Positions 42,403 through 52,143 of a stretch of 64,000 nucleotides of DNA are shown here, piece by piece (the first letter of the stretch is position 1; the number at the start of each line of letters is the position of its first letter). The notes under the pieces were generated by a model. The model had not been told where the DNA came from and did no database searches. It worked only from the letters and a program-made list of their open reading frames with translations. The position numbers and the translations under genes were made by a program. Source of the stretch: a virus. The stretch lies in the IMG/VR virus record IMGVR_UViG_3300048587_000705, positions 34,643-98,642 of that record. The stretch is one strand, 5' to 3'.

Positions 42403-42981
42403 CTATTTGTTTGGTTTTTTGTGCTTTACCTTGTATATGTAGCGGTTCTTGTCCTCTGTTCCCGATGCGCCAAATTGGACGTTCTGTATTCTTTTCCATA
42501 TCCACAGCAGTTTTACCTCTTTTGTATGGCTGTACCTAAAGTGTTTCTGCCCGTCTATCTCGTAGGTGGTGTATATTGTTCCTCTATCGTTATAGTCGCA
42601 CCATTTTAGCCCGTCCTTTTCTGTGGTATTTATTTTGTACTGTATGTTTTCCAATGTGCCGATTTTTGGAATAATTACATGTAACTTAAAATAAAAGAAA
42701 CTATTGCGTACTATGTTCCATTTCAAATACCACCAAAATTTGGTAAAAAGATTTCTGCTCTCTATGTCATATATACCCCACTCAATCCTCTGTTTGTCCG
42801 CTCCGTAATTATTTTCCGTGTCTGTGGGTTCGTCTGTATTTACAAACCATATTAAAAATGGTGTCTTGTTCTTTCTTATCTTATTTACCCACGGGAATAT
42901 AAGTGGGCAGACTATAAGATTCAAGAACCACATAAAAACGTACAGTAATCCTATCAGTATATGTCTTAGTATTGGGTTCAT
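42403..42981 (-). CDS. Hypothetical membrane-anchored phage protein
   Basis: N-terminal TM helix; W..RN aromatic-rich domain. Confidence 0.6.
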   Translation of the reverse strand: MNPILRHILIGLLYVFMWFLNLIVCPLIFPWVNKIRKNKTPFLIWFVNTDEPTDTENNYGADKQRIEWGIYDIESRNLFTKFWWYLKWNIVRNSFFYFKLHVIIPKIGTLENIQYKINTTEKDGLKWCDYNDRGTIYTTYEIDGQKHFRYSHTKEVKLLWIWKRIQNVQFGASGTEDKNRYIYKVKHKKPNK

Positions 42982-43067
42982 TATATTGGTCTATATATTT
43001 TTGGTTATTATAATTGTTCGTTTACCATAATTAAAAATATAATACCCATATTGCTTGTGTATTCATA

Positions 43068-44144
43068 TTAAGCTAACTCTAATTTACCAAATAAATCATA
43101 TTCATCTGTTGCAACACAATCTAATCCCCAAACGCTAAACTGCTCCAATGTTTTGTTGGTTTCACTTGCGCCCACGTTTATGGTTACTCCACTTGCTCCA
43201 ACAAAAGTTATTTGACCTGTCCCCCGCTGTTTGCCCTCATACCGATTGTTGATTGGTAGAGAAGCGGGAACGGTAACGGTACATCCCGTGGCGTTGGTGA
43301 AATGGATTATTAAATCCTTGTCCGTTGCTAATAAGGTGTAGGTTGATGCGGAAACTTCTTTGATGTTTTTTCTTGAAGTATATTCCTCAGTTGAAAGCCT
43401 AAAGTTCGTGCTTACACCAAAATAATTATCTCTCGGGTAATAATACGTTACAGGACCTGATGAGTACCCTTTGGTTAGTCTGTCTATGTAAAAGACAGCC
43501 GAGCCAGTATAAGATGTTGTCGTAAAAACCAAACGACCTTCCGTCAATTGAGTAATTATGCCTGAATATATGGTTTCAAAGCCTTCTTTTTTGTACCAAC
43601 TCTGACGAGACAAATCTGTACTTTTTAAATAAATATCTTTATCCGATATATTTCCTACGTTTAAAACTTCATCCAAATCAGGTATATATACTTCTGGAAT
43701 ATCCCCCATTGTAGCAACAGGATTAGCACCGCTAAGTCCGTTTGCGTTTTGGATGCCCGCTAATTCGTCTGGGGTCAATTCGTCATCAACCGAAACTTCA
43801 ACCCATTCTGCATCTTTTCTTCCATAAATATTTCCATCTTCGGGTGCTTCCTCAATCCCTGCCCCGCTACCTCCCGAGGCTGACTTAAAACCCGTGTTGG
43901 CGAATATAAAGGTGTCAAATGCTTCCTGTGATGCAAACCTTGAACCCTCGTTGGTAAACTTTTTCCAACTGTTCCCTGATATCTCTGTCTGTAGTTTGTC
44001 GTTTATCAGGATATTGTACCGTTCGGTGTCCTTTACATTGTTGTCGAACCTTACATGTATCTTGTACTCTGTCCATTTTTTTTCACCTTTTTCTATAAAA
44101 AAGTAGTTGCCTTTTGCGTATATCTCTATCATCTTTTTTAACAA
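43068..44144 (-). CDS. Short tail fibre with foldon-like trimerisation motif
   Basis: GIEEAPEDGNIYGRKDAEWVEV resembles the T4 fibritin foldon; C-terminal YTL..TD...VTVP...GTGQITF domain. Confidence 0.65.
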   Translation of the reverse strand: MLKKMIEIYAKGNYFFIEKGEKKWTEYKIHVRFDNNVKDTERYNILINDKLQTEISGNSWKKFTNEGSRFASQEAFDTFIFANTGFKSASGGSGAGIEEAPEDGNIYGRKDAEWVEVSVDDELTPDELAGIQNANGLSGANPVATMGDIPEVYIPDLDEVLNVGNISDKDIYLKSTDLSRQSWYKKEGFETIYSGIITQLTEGRLVFTTTSYTGSAVFYIDRLTKGYSSGPVTYYYPRDNYFGVSTNFRLSTEEYTSRKNIKEVSASTYTLLATDKDLIIHFTNATGCTVTVPASLPINNRYEGKQRGTGQITFVGASGVTINVGASETNKTLEQFSVWGLDCVATDEYDLFGKLELA

Positions 44145-44671
44145 TTAATTTTGCTGTCCACTATTCTTTTTGCCTGTTTGTAGTAATCCGCAGCCATTGC
44201 TATCTCACCGAGCCTTGCCGATGCGTCCGCCGCCTCTATCAAAAGCTTACACGTCCATAATACCTCTGCCGTTTCTTTGTCCTGCCGTGATATATCAAAT
44301 CCCAAGGACGTGTATATCTTGTCAAGATTAAGTTGCAGTCTCTCACTGCGCATGTAGTAACGCTCCTTGTAAAACTTGTCGGGAGAACCTTTTACCTTTA
44401 TATGGTATATTCCGTCGGGTAGTTCCACTTGCTCTTCCTCACAACCCGCACCACAGGTTATACCCAAGAGCGTTGAGTTGAATACAAGTATCGTGTTCTT
44501 TTTGTCTATGTAGCTTACGTGCGCGTTTGAGCTTCCCGGCAACGTCACCTCGATTATGGCGGGCTTGTCATAAATATGGCTCCACTGGCTCGTATCAGCT
44601 ATCAACAGTTTTTTTGGGTCATATGTTTTTATGACCTGAAAATCTATTTCTATTTTGTTCAGGTTTGCCAT
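44138..44671 (-). CDS. Tail hub/structural protein
   Basis: D.S.W...LPDGIY.IK pattern; gene order. Confidence 0.55.
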   Translation of the reverse strand: MANLNKIEIDFQVIKTYDPKKLLIADTSQWSHIYDKPAIIEVTLPGSSNAHVSYIDKKNTILVFNSTLLGITCGAGCEEEQVELPDGIYHIKVKGSPDKFYKERYYMRSERLQLNLDKIYTSLGFDISRQDKETAEVLWTCKLLIEAADASARLGEIAMAADYYKQAKRIVDSKINC

Positions 44672-44964
44672 TATTCTTTGCAGGTTATTCCCTCTATTTC
44701 TGTTTTAAGTATTTTTATGGCCTGTACAAGGTCAAACCATTGGAATTTTATGTTCGGTAAATCTTCCAGACCGTTATAGTCCTCCGTTTTTTTGGAGAGT
44801 TCCTCCACGGCAATCTTTATCCTGTAGGGGAGGTTGAACCAAGTTATATCCTGAACAAGGCTCTTGTAAAACGCATTATCGCTGCAAGAATCTATATTCT
44901 GTGGAATGGTCATTATCTGTTTTGTTGCCGATGGAAGATTCCACCATTGTACGGTTGTAGCCAT
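44671..44964 (-). CDS. Hypothetical protein with three W(W/F)(N/D)L repeats
   Basis: QWWNLP, TWFNLP, QWFDLV. Confidence 0.55.
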   Translation of the reverse strand: MATTVQWWNLPSATKQIMTIPQNIDSCSDNAFYKSLVQDITWFNLPYRIKIAVEELSKKTEDYNGLEDLPNIKFQWFDLVQAIKILKTEIEGITCKE

Positions 44965-45606
44965 TTATATGTTTTTTAGTATGTTGTAATAGTGGTTGGT
45001 TCTCTCTATACGCTCTTTTAAGTGGTTTGGTGTATATCTTGAATTTGGGTTGCCGAGGTTTACATGTTTTGACACTTTTGTAATGTTCTGCGTGTTCACT
45101 GTCTTGGTATTGTCCCACACATCGTTTTCGTTGAAATAGTACAGGGCGGATTCAAAGTAGTATTTATCAGCGATTTTTTCAGGGTTGTCCAATATGGACA
45201 TATCTCCCATCTTTTGGGCAAAACGCTCGTGGTTGTTTTTAAATGTTATTTGAATTGCCCCTTGCCCCCTATATCTCCATCCATCACCTGACTCCTCGTC
45301 TCCGTTCCCACCTTGGTTAGCGTACACTCTGTTAGCTATTTTCTCAGGCTTACGAGCATATTTATCAGCCAACTCTTTCGTAGGGAAGTATTTACCAAAC
45401 GTAGCTAACAGCCCTTGTGCAGAATAATTTAAATTCTCCGTTCCATACCTAAAACCCCCAGTTTCCACATCAGCTTGCCCAAGCAAAAAAGCTGTTTCTT
45501 CTTTGTTGGTGCCGAACAGTTCCATCATTTTTGTCAAGGTCTTTTTGCCTATTATACCGTCAGGATAAAGCCCGTTCTCTTTTTGAAATTTTTTTATGTA
45601 CTTCAA
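44965..45606 (-). CDS. Endolysin: peptidoglycan-binding domain + glycoside hydrolase family 19
   Basis: FQKENGLYPDGIIGKKT; ETGGF...ENLNYS...IANRVYA..GNGD..SGDGWRYRGQGAIQIT. TTG start supplied by the 99-bp element. Confidence 0.9.
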   Translation of the reverse strand: MKYIKKFQKENGLYPDGIIGKKTLTKMMELFGTNKEETAFLLGQADVETGGFRYGTENLNYSAQGLLATFGKYFPTKELADKYARKPEKIANRVYANQGGNGDEESGDGWRYRGQGAIQITFKNNHERFAQKMGDMSILDNPEKIADKYYFESALYYFNENDVWDNTKTVNTQNITKVSKHVNLGNPNSRYTPNHLKERIERTNHYYNILKNI

Positions 45607-45703
45607 AATTGTATGTATTAAGTTAATAATGTTTACTTACTGCTTCACTGGATGCCCGTCGGCGTGTCCTCCACAGTCACTTCGGGTATTTTTAGCCCTG
45701 TTT
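45605..45703 (-). mobile_element. 99-bp protein-less omegaRNA-like element, copy 1
   Basis: 5 mismatches to 59679-59777; GGG/CCC hairpin with AAAAU loop, ACUGUGGAG...GAAGCAGU core, AUUUU end. Confidence 0.7.
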
Positions 45704-45730
45704 ATTAAATCTTTATTATGAAATAACTAC

Positions 45731-46141
45731 CTATTTTCTTTTGTACGGTTGTTTTGTATTGTGGTGATGGTCATTGTCGCCGTAGTCATATCTATCGTAT
45801 CTTCCACTACCTTCGTTTCCAGATCCATATACCTCTCCGCGCCCACCAAGCATCCTGTTTACCTTGTCGAGTACTATATCAGGCATCTTCTCTATCGCCA
45901 CCTTTACCAGCCCTATACCTATTATTCCCCCAACTATCCCTATGATACCCACCCATCCACGTATGTCAAAGTTTATGGAAAGCTCGTAGTCCAAAAAGGC
46001 TATGGCAAAGGCCGTTATTATTATGAACATCAATTTTGTGCGGCTGTTCGTATGGTTGTTTATCTCGTAGAACGCTCTTACCAACGACCCCACCAAAGAT
46101 GTTATCAGTGCTATGGCAAGCACGTTGTATTCGAGTTCCAT
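45731..46141 (-). CDS. Putative holin
   Basis: Three TM helices and a charged tail; adjacent to the endolysin. Confidence 0.65.
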   Translation of the reverse strand: MELEYNVLAIALITSLVGSLVRAFYEINNHTNSRTKLMFIIITAFAIAFLDYELSINFDIRGWVGIIGIVGGIIGIGLVKVAIEKMPDIVLDKVNRMLGGRGEVYGSGNEGSGRYDRYDYGDNDHHHNTKQPYKRK

Positions 46142-46155
46142 AAAATACTGGTTTT

Positions 46156-46350
46156 TTAGATTTTTTTAAAATATTCCTTTGTGTCTTTTACTATGTGGTA
46201 GAGCCCATATGCACACAGTATCGAAGATATCAGTGCACCTATTATAAAAACGTAGTTGACCTGCAATACCACTTGTTCCGTGCTGAACAGAAGTCCTACG
46301 GTACCAAGTATCGCGGCACCTATCTTTCCTATATAATCCATTTGTCTCAA
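46156..46350 (-). CDS. Small two-TM protein (lysis-associated?)
   Basis: Two hydrophobic helices with a basic C-terminus. Confidence 0.5.
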   Translation of the reverse strand: MRQMDYIGKIGAAILGTVGLLFSTEQVVLQVNYVFIIGALISSILCAYGLYHIVKDTKEYFKKI

Positions 46351-46360
46351 AATTCTTTGT

Positions 46361-46395
46361 AGAAAAAAGGGAGGAGTTGTTGTTTCTCCTCCCTT
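46361..46395 (-). terminator. Intrinsic terminator
   Basis: AAGGGAGGAG...CTCCTCCCTT followed by a T run on the minus strand. Confidence 0.8.
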
Positions 46396-46430
46396 GTCCT
46401 CTGGTTAAAAAATATGTGTGTCTGTTGTTC

Positions 46431-48656
46431 TTACACTGCTGCTCCGTAGGCTTGTACCCCGTTTACTCCCGCTGCTCCCGCAAGGTCGTTCAAGAGTGCC
46501 TCCAAAGGTAGGTGCTTCCCTACTTCCACGGCTATTTGATAGTTGAATTTCTCAACATGGTCAGGCAACAATTCCCCTTGGTCAAGTCTCGGCGCCACTG
46601 TCACGGTGTAGATTACGTACTGTGCGTTTGCCTTTAATACGCTCTCCTCGCCCAAAATCTGCTTGGTGTACTCGTTCATGTGCCCGTCAGCTATGTTTCT
46701 GTGGCGTGGGTACCCGTTAAAGTAGGTAAAGTCCCTGTCCTCAAATGCCCAAAGCTGTCCACCAAGGTTCTCAAGTTCCGTTGCTCTTGACAGTACCTTT
46801 ACGTTGAAACGTTTTCTTCCTGTCTTAAAGGAGTTGTAGGTCTCGGTAGGATATCCGCCCGCTACCTCGATACGAACCGAGCTGTTGTAGAACGGTACGG
46901 CATCTCTTAAATCCTCTCCCGGAGCAGAGATTGTTTCCTTGCCCTTGATACGGATTCCCATCAAAGCTGTCTCGCTATATACAGGCTCTTCTTTTACCCA
47001 GTCTGTAAAATCAAATGGGTCTGGTGCCTCTGATGTAAATGCGTCGGTAAAGATAACGTCGCACTCATCGCACACAATATTCGTGGTAACGGTTGTGGAG
47101 TACACTGTCTGGCATCCACCTTCTATATTACCCTCTACATTTGATTGTTCCGCCACTGTTCCCGCAAGGTCGCCCGATGCGTTTGTGATGGTGATATCGA
47201 CCGCATCCTCGTCCTCGTTTACAAAGGTAAGTACCGCTGCGTTTGCTGTTACGGTTATACCAAGCGCGGCAAGATCGTCCTCATGTGCTGTAACAAAATC
47301 CGTTGCTGTCTGTGTAAGCGAGCTGTTAAAGGTGGCAAGATAATTTGTTCCCTCAACGTTTATGTTCGCGGTTCCAGATGTTCCAGTAAGTGTAATCGCT
47401 TGGCTAACTGCCCCTGCGTCCATCTGTGCAATGGCTATGGTCAGGTCTGGATAAGCTTCCTGTACCTCTGCCAATCGGCTGTTGCCACAACCGTCGTCCT
47501 TCAACTGTAATGTGTAAGTCTCGCTCTTTGCGTAGCATACGTCACCAGCTACCCAAGAAACGGTTGTCTCTGTCTCCTCAATACAAAGTTTTGAAAGATC
47601 CCCCACGAGGTCTACGGTCGCTGTCGGGTTAGCTGTCACGAAGGTGCCCACCTCTACGTCGGTCAGTTTGTCGTCCAACACGATTGTGTAGGTTCCCTTA
47701 CCGCTGTCAGAGCCCTGTCTTACTACCGAGCCCGCAACAAACCCCGGAAGGTTGTCCACGGTCGTGGATAGGTCTGCCCCGTCGTCCTCTAAGGTGACGT
47801 TGTACAGAAAACCTTCTGTGTACCCGTCATATCCGTCAGGACAGTCCTCACAGTTCTGTAGTACGGAAGTCGTGGTCATTGTATAGTCGGCAGGTGCGTC
47901 GTCCGCTGTCGGTTGCAATATTGTGTACTTACCGTCAACAAAGTTTACCTTTATCCCGTTGTACTGTGCCTGAACGTCCCCCAAAGAGTTTGAGTTCTGG
48001 TCACCGCTAAGGGCAAGTGTATAGAAAGTGTGCGATACACCGTTCTCGGTCAAATCTGCCTTTTCGCTGTTTGTGGGGAAGATGTCGATGTAGTTGGTGA
48101 TAGGGGTACTCTCCTTTAACCAAGTGTTCTTTAGTCTTTCCACCGCTTTTTCAACGATTTCCTGATTGGTCTGCTCGTCGTTCTCCTTGTCGAAGTAAAG
48201 ACGTACTGTCTCGGTTGCGCCCGGATATCCAAGGATACCAAGACCCGCTCCCGAAATGGTGATATCAAGTACCTCATGGTCACCCGTCTCAAAGGTAAGT
48301 GCCGTTGATGCGTTTATCCCATCGTATCCGATAAGAAGTTCGTCCACGGTCTTTTTCAACGATGGTGCATGTACGTCAATACCTACTACCTCGCTCAGTT
48401 TAAAGGCGCGTGTGGACTTTGCCTTGCTGTCCTGTGTACGTGCAGCGCCCAAGGGTGCCACACCTACCCTGATTTCATATTCTCGGTTCTTTGGCGCGCC
48501 AGCAAAATTGCTCACCGCTTTCAATCCGTTCTTGGTGTTGTTCTTTGTCTCAAAGATACCTAATTGACCTTTTGCAAGGTTCAATGATCCACCGCTTGTA
48601 AGTACGTTACCGTTCAATGTTGGCAAGAAACGGTCCATTCCTCTGTTTACTCCCAT
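46431..48656 (-). CDS. Major structural/auxiliary capsid-type protein
   Basis: 741 aa, acidic, beta-rich; third gene after the capsid gene, followed by a terminator. Confidence 0.6.
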   Translation of the reverse strand: MGVNRGMDRFLPTLNGNVLTSGGSLNLAKGQLGIFETKNNTKNGLKAVSNFAGAPKNREYEIRVGVAPLGAARTQDSKAKSTRAFKLSEVVGIDVHAPSLKKTVDELLIGYDGINASTALTFETGDHEVLDITISGAGLGILGYPGATETVRLYFDKENDEQTNQEIVEKAVERLKNTWLKESTPITNYIDIFPTNSEKADLTENGVSHTFYTLALSGDQNSNSLGDVQAQYNGIKVNFVDGKYTILQPTADDAPADYTMTTTSVLQNCEDCPDGYDGYTEGFLYNVTLEDDGADLSTTVDNLPGFVAGSVVRQGSDSGKGTYTIVLDDKLTDVEVGTFVTANPTATVDLVGDLSKLCIEETETTVSWVAGDVCYAKSETYTLQLKDDGCGNSRLAEVQEAYPDLTIAIAQMDAGAVSQAITLTGTSGTANINVEGTNYLATFNSSLTQTATDFVTAHEDDLAALGITVTANAAVLTFVNEDEDAVDITITNASGDLAGTVAEQSNVEGNIEGGCQTVYSTTVTTNIVCDECDVIFTDAFTSEAPDPFDFTDWVKEEPVYSETALMGIRIKGKETISAPGEDLRDAVPFYNSSVRIEVAGGYPTETYNSFKTGRKRFNVKVLSRATELENLGGQLWAFEDRDFTYFNGYPRHRNIADGHMNEYTKQILGEESVLKANAQYVIYTVTVAPRLDQGELLPDHVEKFNYQIAVEVGKHLPLEALLNDLAGAAGVNGVQAYGAAV

Positions 48657-48687
48657 TTTTTTGTGTTTTGATTAAAATTTGTGTTTG

Positions 48688-49362
48688 TTATTGTATATTC
48701 TCTTTTTCTCTGAGTTTGTCCGCTTGGAACGCGGGGTTCTCGTTGTTGAGCTTGAAGTCCCCTACCATTGCCGATATTATCCTGTCGAGCACTTGGTCTG
48801 GAAGCTCTATTTTCTTTGATGGGTCAAATCCCGATTCTGGGTTGTCCTCGTCAAGTAGCCCTATCTGGTTGGGGCGTCTGTAGTATGAAAGGTACATGTC
48901 CTTTACCTCGCTGTCCTTTTCCTTGTAGACTTTTATCCTGTCCTGTGAAAGGTGGTAGGGAAACTCTCTGTAGTCAAAGGAGGGTCCAAAAAAGCTGTCT
49001 GTCAGTATCTGCCCCCTGTCCTCGTCGCGTATCTCAAAAAGCTCTATGCGTACGTTGGTGCACTTTCCCTTCTGTGCCCTTGCCCAAGCATAGGATCCCT
49101 CTAAGTAATCCTCCGGCAACTTGAAATCGACGTGGTCGTTGTGCGTGTTGGAAGGGTCTATCCTCTTGTCGTCAACAAGCAGTACCTGAATATCCTTTAA
49201 CTCATCGTACTGCCTGTTGTTGAGGTACCATTTTATGTGCCTTACCGACAGTTCGTTGTACATGACCACGAACCTTTCCCTGTTTGTGCTGAGGTTGCTG
49301 TTCGTTCCGTTCTTTTCGGACTTTATTATATAGCGTTTGTACGCTTCCTCGGCGGTGGTCAT
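48688..49362 (-). CDS. Head-tail ring/adaptor protein
   Basis: LPEDYL...PSFDYRE...YYRRP...ELP pattern; gene order. Confidence 0.65.
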   Translation of the reverse strand: MTTAEEAYKRYIIKSEKNGTNSNLSTNRERFVVMYNELSVRHIKWYLNNRQYDELKDIQVLLVDDKRIDPSNTHNDHVDFKLPEDYLEGSYAWARAQKGKCTNVRIELFEIRDEDRGQILTDSFFGPSFDYREFPYHLSQDRIKVYKEKDSEVKDMYLSYYRRPNQIGLLDEDNPESGFDPSKKIELPDQVLDRIISAMVGDFKLNNENPAFQADKLREKENIQ

Positions 49363-49372
49363 TTACTATATT

Positions 49373-50338
49373 TTATTGTTCGAGTGCTACGATAATCTCC
49401 TGTAGTTTTGGGTTTTTGGCTATTGTCCTTGCCACTTCTTTTAGGTTTGTGCCCAATTGCTCCTCACCTATTACGTACATCTCGCGCTCTTTTGCAATCT
49501 TCTTTGTGCGTACGAGCTTCTGTACCTTTTGGTAAAATGAAAGTTCTTGATAGCCGTTCTTTTCGGAACCGAGCTCTACTGCGGATATAAAGTTCTTTTT
49601 GTTCTGGTAGGCGTTCTTTTTGTCGTCCACGTACATTTTAAAAGCGGACGATGCTAACTGTTTGTCCATATCCTTTCCGCCGGGGATAGGTATGCCAATA
49701 TAGTTCATTACCAACGAAAGAAGTTCCGTGTCGCCATTTAGCAATGAGTAGAACATACCTGACGCTTGTATATCCAAAGAATCGTTTTCCTGTTGTACGG
49801 TCTTTGCCTGTTCCTTGTTCTCTATCGAAAACTGTGCATATCTGTAGTTGGGGTTGCTGTCCTCTCCTTTTGGTGCCACTTTTCCGTGGAGTGCCACTTG
49901 GAACAGTTCGAGTAGGTGGTCTGGACGCTCTGTGTTGAATATCCGTCCCCTGTGCAGTTTTACGCCATAATCGAGCCAAAAATCATTGTCTGCCTTATAG
50001 TCAAGTTTTCCTTTTCCCAAGGTCTTTTCAAGTGGCTCGACGATATTCTGTCTTGCGGTGTTAACCAACCTCTTTACCTCATCGGAGGGCATTCCCGCAT
50101 AGCATGGCGACTCCTCGTAGAGTCCTGTGTCCCACACACCCATGTCCCTGTTGAAAGGGACTGCCTCTATGTTCATTCCATATTCGGCCAAATATTTTGT
50201 TGTACGGTGTTCTTTGAACCCATCGGGCGCGCTACCGTCATACTTTGGGCTCACCTGATAGATGTTCCCTTTTTCAATGGATATGTCCTTTACCTGTAAG
50301 GTGCTGGGTACCACTGATGTCTTTTTTGCTGTTGCCAT
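49373..50338 (-). CDS. Conserved head-module protein downstream of the capsid gene
   Basis: 321 aa; same position as in crAss-like capsid modules. Confidence 0.6.
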   Translation of the reverse strand: MATAKKTSVVPSTLQVKDISIEKGNIYQVSPKYDGSAPDGFKEHRTTKYLAEYGMNIEAVPFNRDMGVWDTGLYEESPCYAGMPSDEVKRLVNTARQNIVEPLEKTLGKGKLDYKADNDFWLDYGVKLHRGRIFNTERPDHLLELFQVALHGKVAPKGEDSNPNYRYAQFSIENKEQAKTVQQENDSLDIQASGMFYSLLNGDTELLSLVMNYIGIPIPGGKDMDKQLASSAFKMYVDDKKNAYQNKKNFISAVELGSEKNGYQELSFYQKVQKLVRTKKIAKEREMYVIGEEQLGTNLKEVARTIAKNPKLQEIIVALEQ

Positions 50339-50368
50339 TATTGTTTGGTTTTTGGTTTTTAGGTCGTT

Positions 50369-50393
50369 CCCCTCCTCCGTTGTGGAAGAGGGG
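50369..50393 (-). other. GC-rich hairpin after the capsid gene (mRNA stabiliser or weak terminator)
   Basis: CCCCTCTTCC...GGAGGAGGGG with no U tract. Confidence 0.5.
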
Positions 50394-50410
50394 TGTTTCC
50401 TATTTTATTC

Positions 50411-52111
50411 TTAGTTAAAGCCTTTTCGCTCTGACTTTTCAAGTTCAATCATCACAAACTTGCTCGGATCCTCTAACCACACCGAACAGTTGTTGTATGC
50501 CCAGAACTCCTGTGCAATGGTCTTGTTGGATGCCACGATGTCGGATGATTTTCTCATGTCGTAACGTCCATTTATCATACCACTGTACTGCATCGGTCCT
50601 TCTGGTTTCACGATGTACACGTTTGAGTTTGCGTTGCCGCCCGCTACAAGTGAAGTGTTCTTTGGAAGGTTCTTCTGGTTGTTAGAGTAAACTTGGTCTG
50701 TCGCGTTCCATATAATCATAGAGTATGTAGTGTGCGCCTTGTTCTCTCCGTGCATACCTTTTGAAAAACGGTCCTGCATCATTCCGTGGTCAAGGGATGC
50801 GTCGCGCTCGATCTCTACCTGACCTAATTGTGGAACGTACACGGAAGTAAATCGTATCGGTCTCCAAGAAAGGTTCGTAGGGTCGGTTCCCTGAACTGGG
50901 TTCGGTATCTGTCTGTCCGCTCCAAGGAATGGTCCAAGTGCCGTTTGTTGTGCCAATATTTCCTTTTGGAAAAGGTCTATCATGTTCTCGAAGGCCAACG
51001 TACCGCACTTGAATTTTATACGTCTCTGTTCATACTCAAGGTCTGGGTTCATACGGAACACATATTCCGCTGCCTGTTTTACGTGGGTAAAGGTGATTCC
51101 TCCCGGCTTACCGTACTTGATGATAAATCCTCGGCGAAGTTGGTGCCAAAGTCCCTCGTTGAAACGGATAACACCGTTGGTATCTTTTATGGTACCAGCT
51201 CTTTGGAAAAGAATCTGCGTACCAGTCAATTTGTTCAACTGTTTTCCTACAAGGTATTCAACTGTAGAACCAATGTTGGCGGTAGATTTGATAGGTCCGT
51301 TTGCACCTAAGTCCATACGTACGGCAAATTCGCCGTAACCGTTCATATCCATCTCACCCTGTATCTTGTTCAAATAGTCCTTTGCGGTAGCCTCTGCGCG
51401 CCCAAGGTTCTTTGAGTCGGCCATACCCGTTACCCAACCTTCCACACCTCGTGTAGAACCTAACCTGAACTCACATCGCATTGACCCTACTTGGTCGGGC
51501 ATCTGTAATTTTGCAAATTTTGTGCCGTATTCCGATACACCATGACCGATTACAAAGTATTCGATACCTTTTGCAAGCTTATAAGGTTGGTACCACTCGG
51601 CAGGGTCGTTCGTTACAAGTTTCACTGGGTGGATATATCCCGTTCCCGTGAACTTTACCTCTTCCTCCTCGGCGACCATAATCTGCTGCCCGTCAAAAGA
51701 GTCGTAGGTCAAAGTCGTTCCCGGGGCAAATTCCTTGTTCAGGGCTATGTAAAAAATAGAACCGTCGACACCAGCGTAGTTCTGGTTGGACATATCCGCC
51801 TCTGTATAGCATCCCCTGTCCTCGTAGATAGGTACGTCATATGTAAATGCACCGTCCCATCCGTTTACCTCGATTACGGCCTTGCTGTTTACAAGGTCGT
51901 CGTAGATAGATTTTGTCTGGTTGGGGGAACCTTGGTTCCAGAACTGCATAAGTCCCCTATGGTTCTCCATGGGGTCTTCCATATACCATGAATGTAGGGA
52001 AGGGTTGTCAAAATATCCCTGAAAGGCCTTGCTGACCTCTTTCTGCCCCATAAAAGCGATAACTTGGTTACCGTTTCTTATGGTCGGAATTCCTTGTTGT
52101 TGTATTGCCAT
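50411..52111 (-). CDS. Major capsid protein (HK97 fold, crAss-like)
   Basis: 566 aa, GLWHQL...G, C-terminal ..WLEDPSKFVMIE; order terminase-portal-scaffold-capsid; biased codon use. Confidence 0.85.
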   Translation of the reverse strand: MAIQQQGIPTIRNGNQVIAFMGQKEVSKAFQGYFDNPSLHSWYMEDPMENHRGLMQFWNQGSPNQTKSIYDDLVNSKAVIEVNGWDGAFTYDVPIYEDRGCYTEADMSNQNYAGVDGSIFYIALNKEFAPGTTLTYDSFDGQQIMVAEEEEVKFTGTGYIHPVKLVTNDPAEWYQPYKLAKGIEYFVIGHGVSEYGTKFAKLQMPDQVGSMRCEFRLGSTRGVEGWVTGMADSKNLGRAEATAKDYLNKIQGEMDMNGYGEFAVRMDLGANGPIKSTANIGSTVEYLVGKQLNKLTGTQILFQRAGTIKDTNGVIRFNEGLWHQLRRGFIIKYGKPGGITFTHVKQAAEYVFRMNPDLEYEQRRIKFKCGTLAFENMIDLFQKEILAQQTALGPFLGADRQIPNPVQGTDPTNLSWRPIRFTSVYVPQLGQVEIERDASLDHGMMQDRFSKGMHGENKAHTTYSMIIWNATDQVYSNNQKNLPKNTSLVAGGNANSNVYIVKPEGPMQYSGMINGRYDMRKSSDIVASNKTIAQEFWAYNNCSVWLEDPSKFVMIELEKSERKGFN

Positions 52112-52143
52112 TTTTGTGTGTGTTTGTTATGTATTGATTAATT

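Noticed and set aside
42982-43067. Tiny ORF fragments between two tail-region genes
   Set aside because: Only 11-13 codons and interrupted by stops; not supportable as a gene.
45605-45703. Mini-element as a group I intron/IStron or CRISPR repeat
   Set aside because: Too short for a group I core; splicing after U to a terminal G would not restore AUG; only two dispersed copies with no spacer array.
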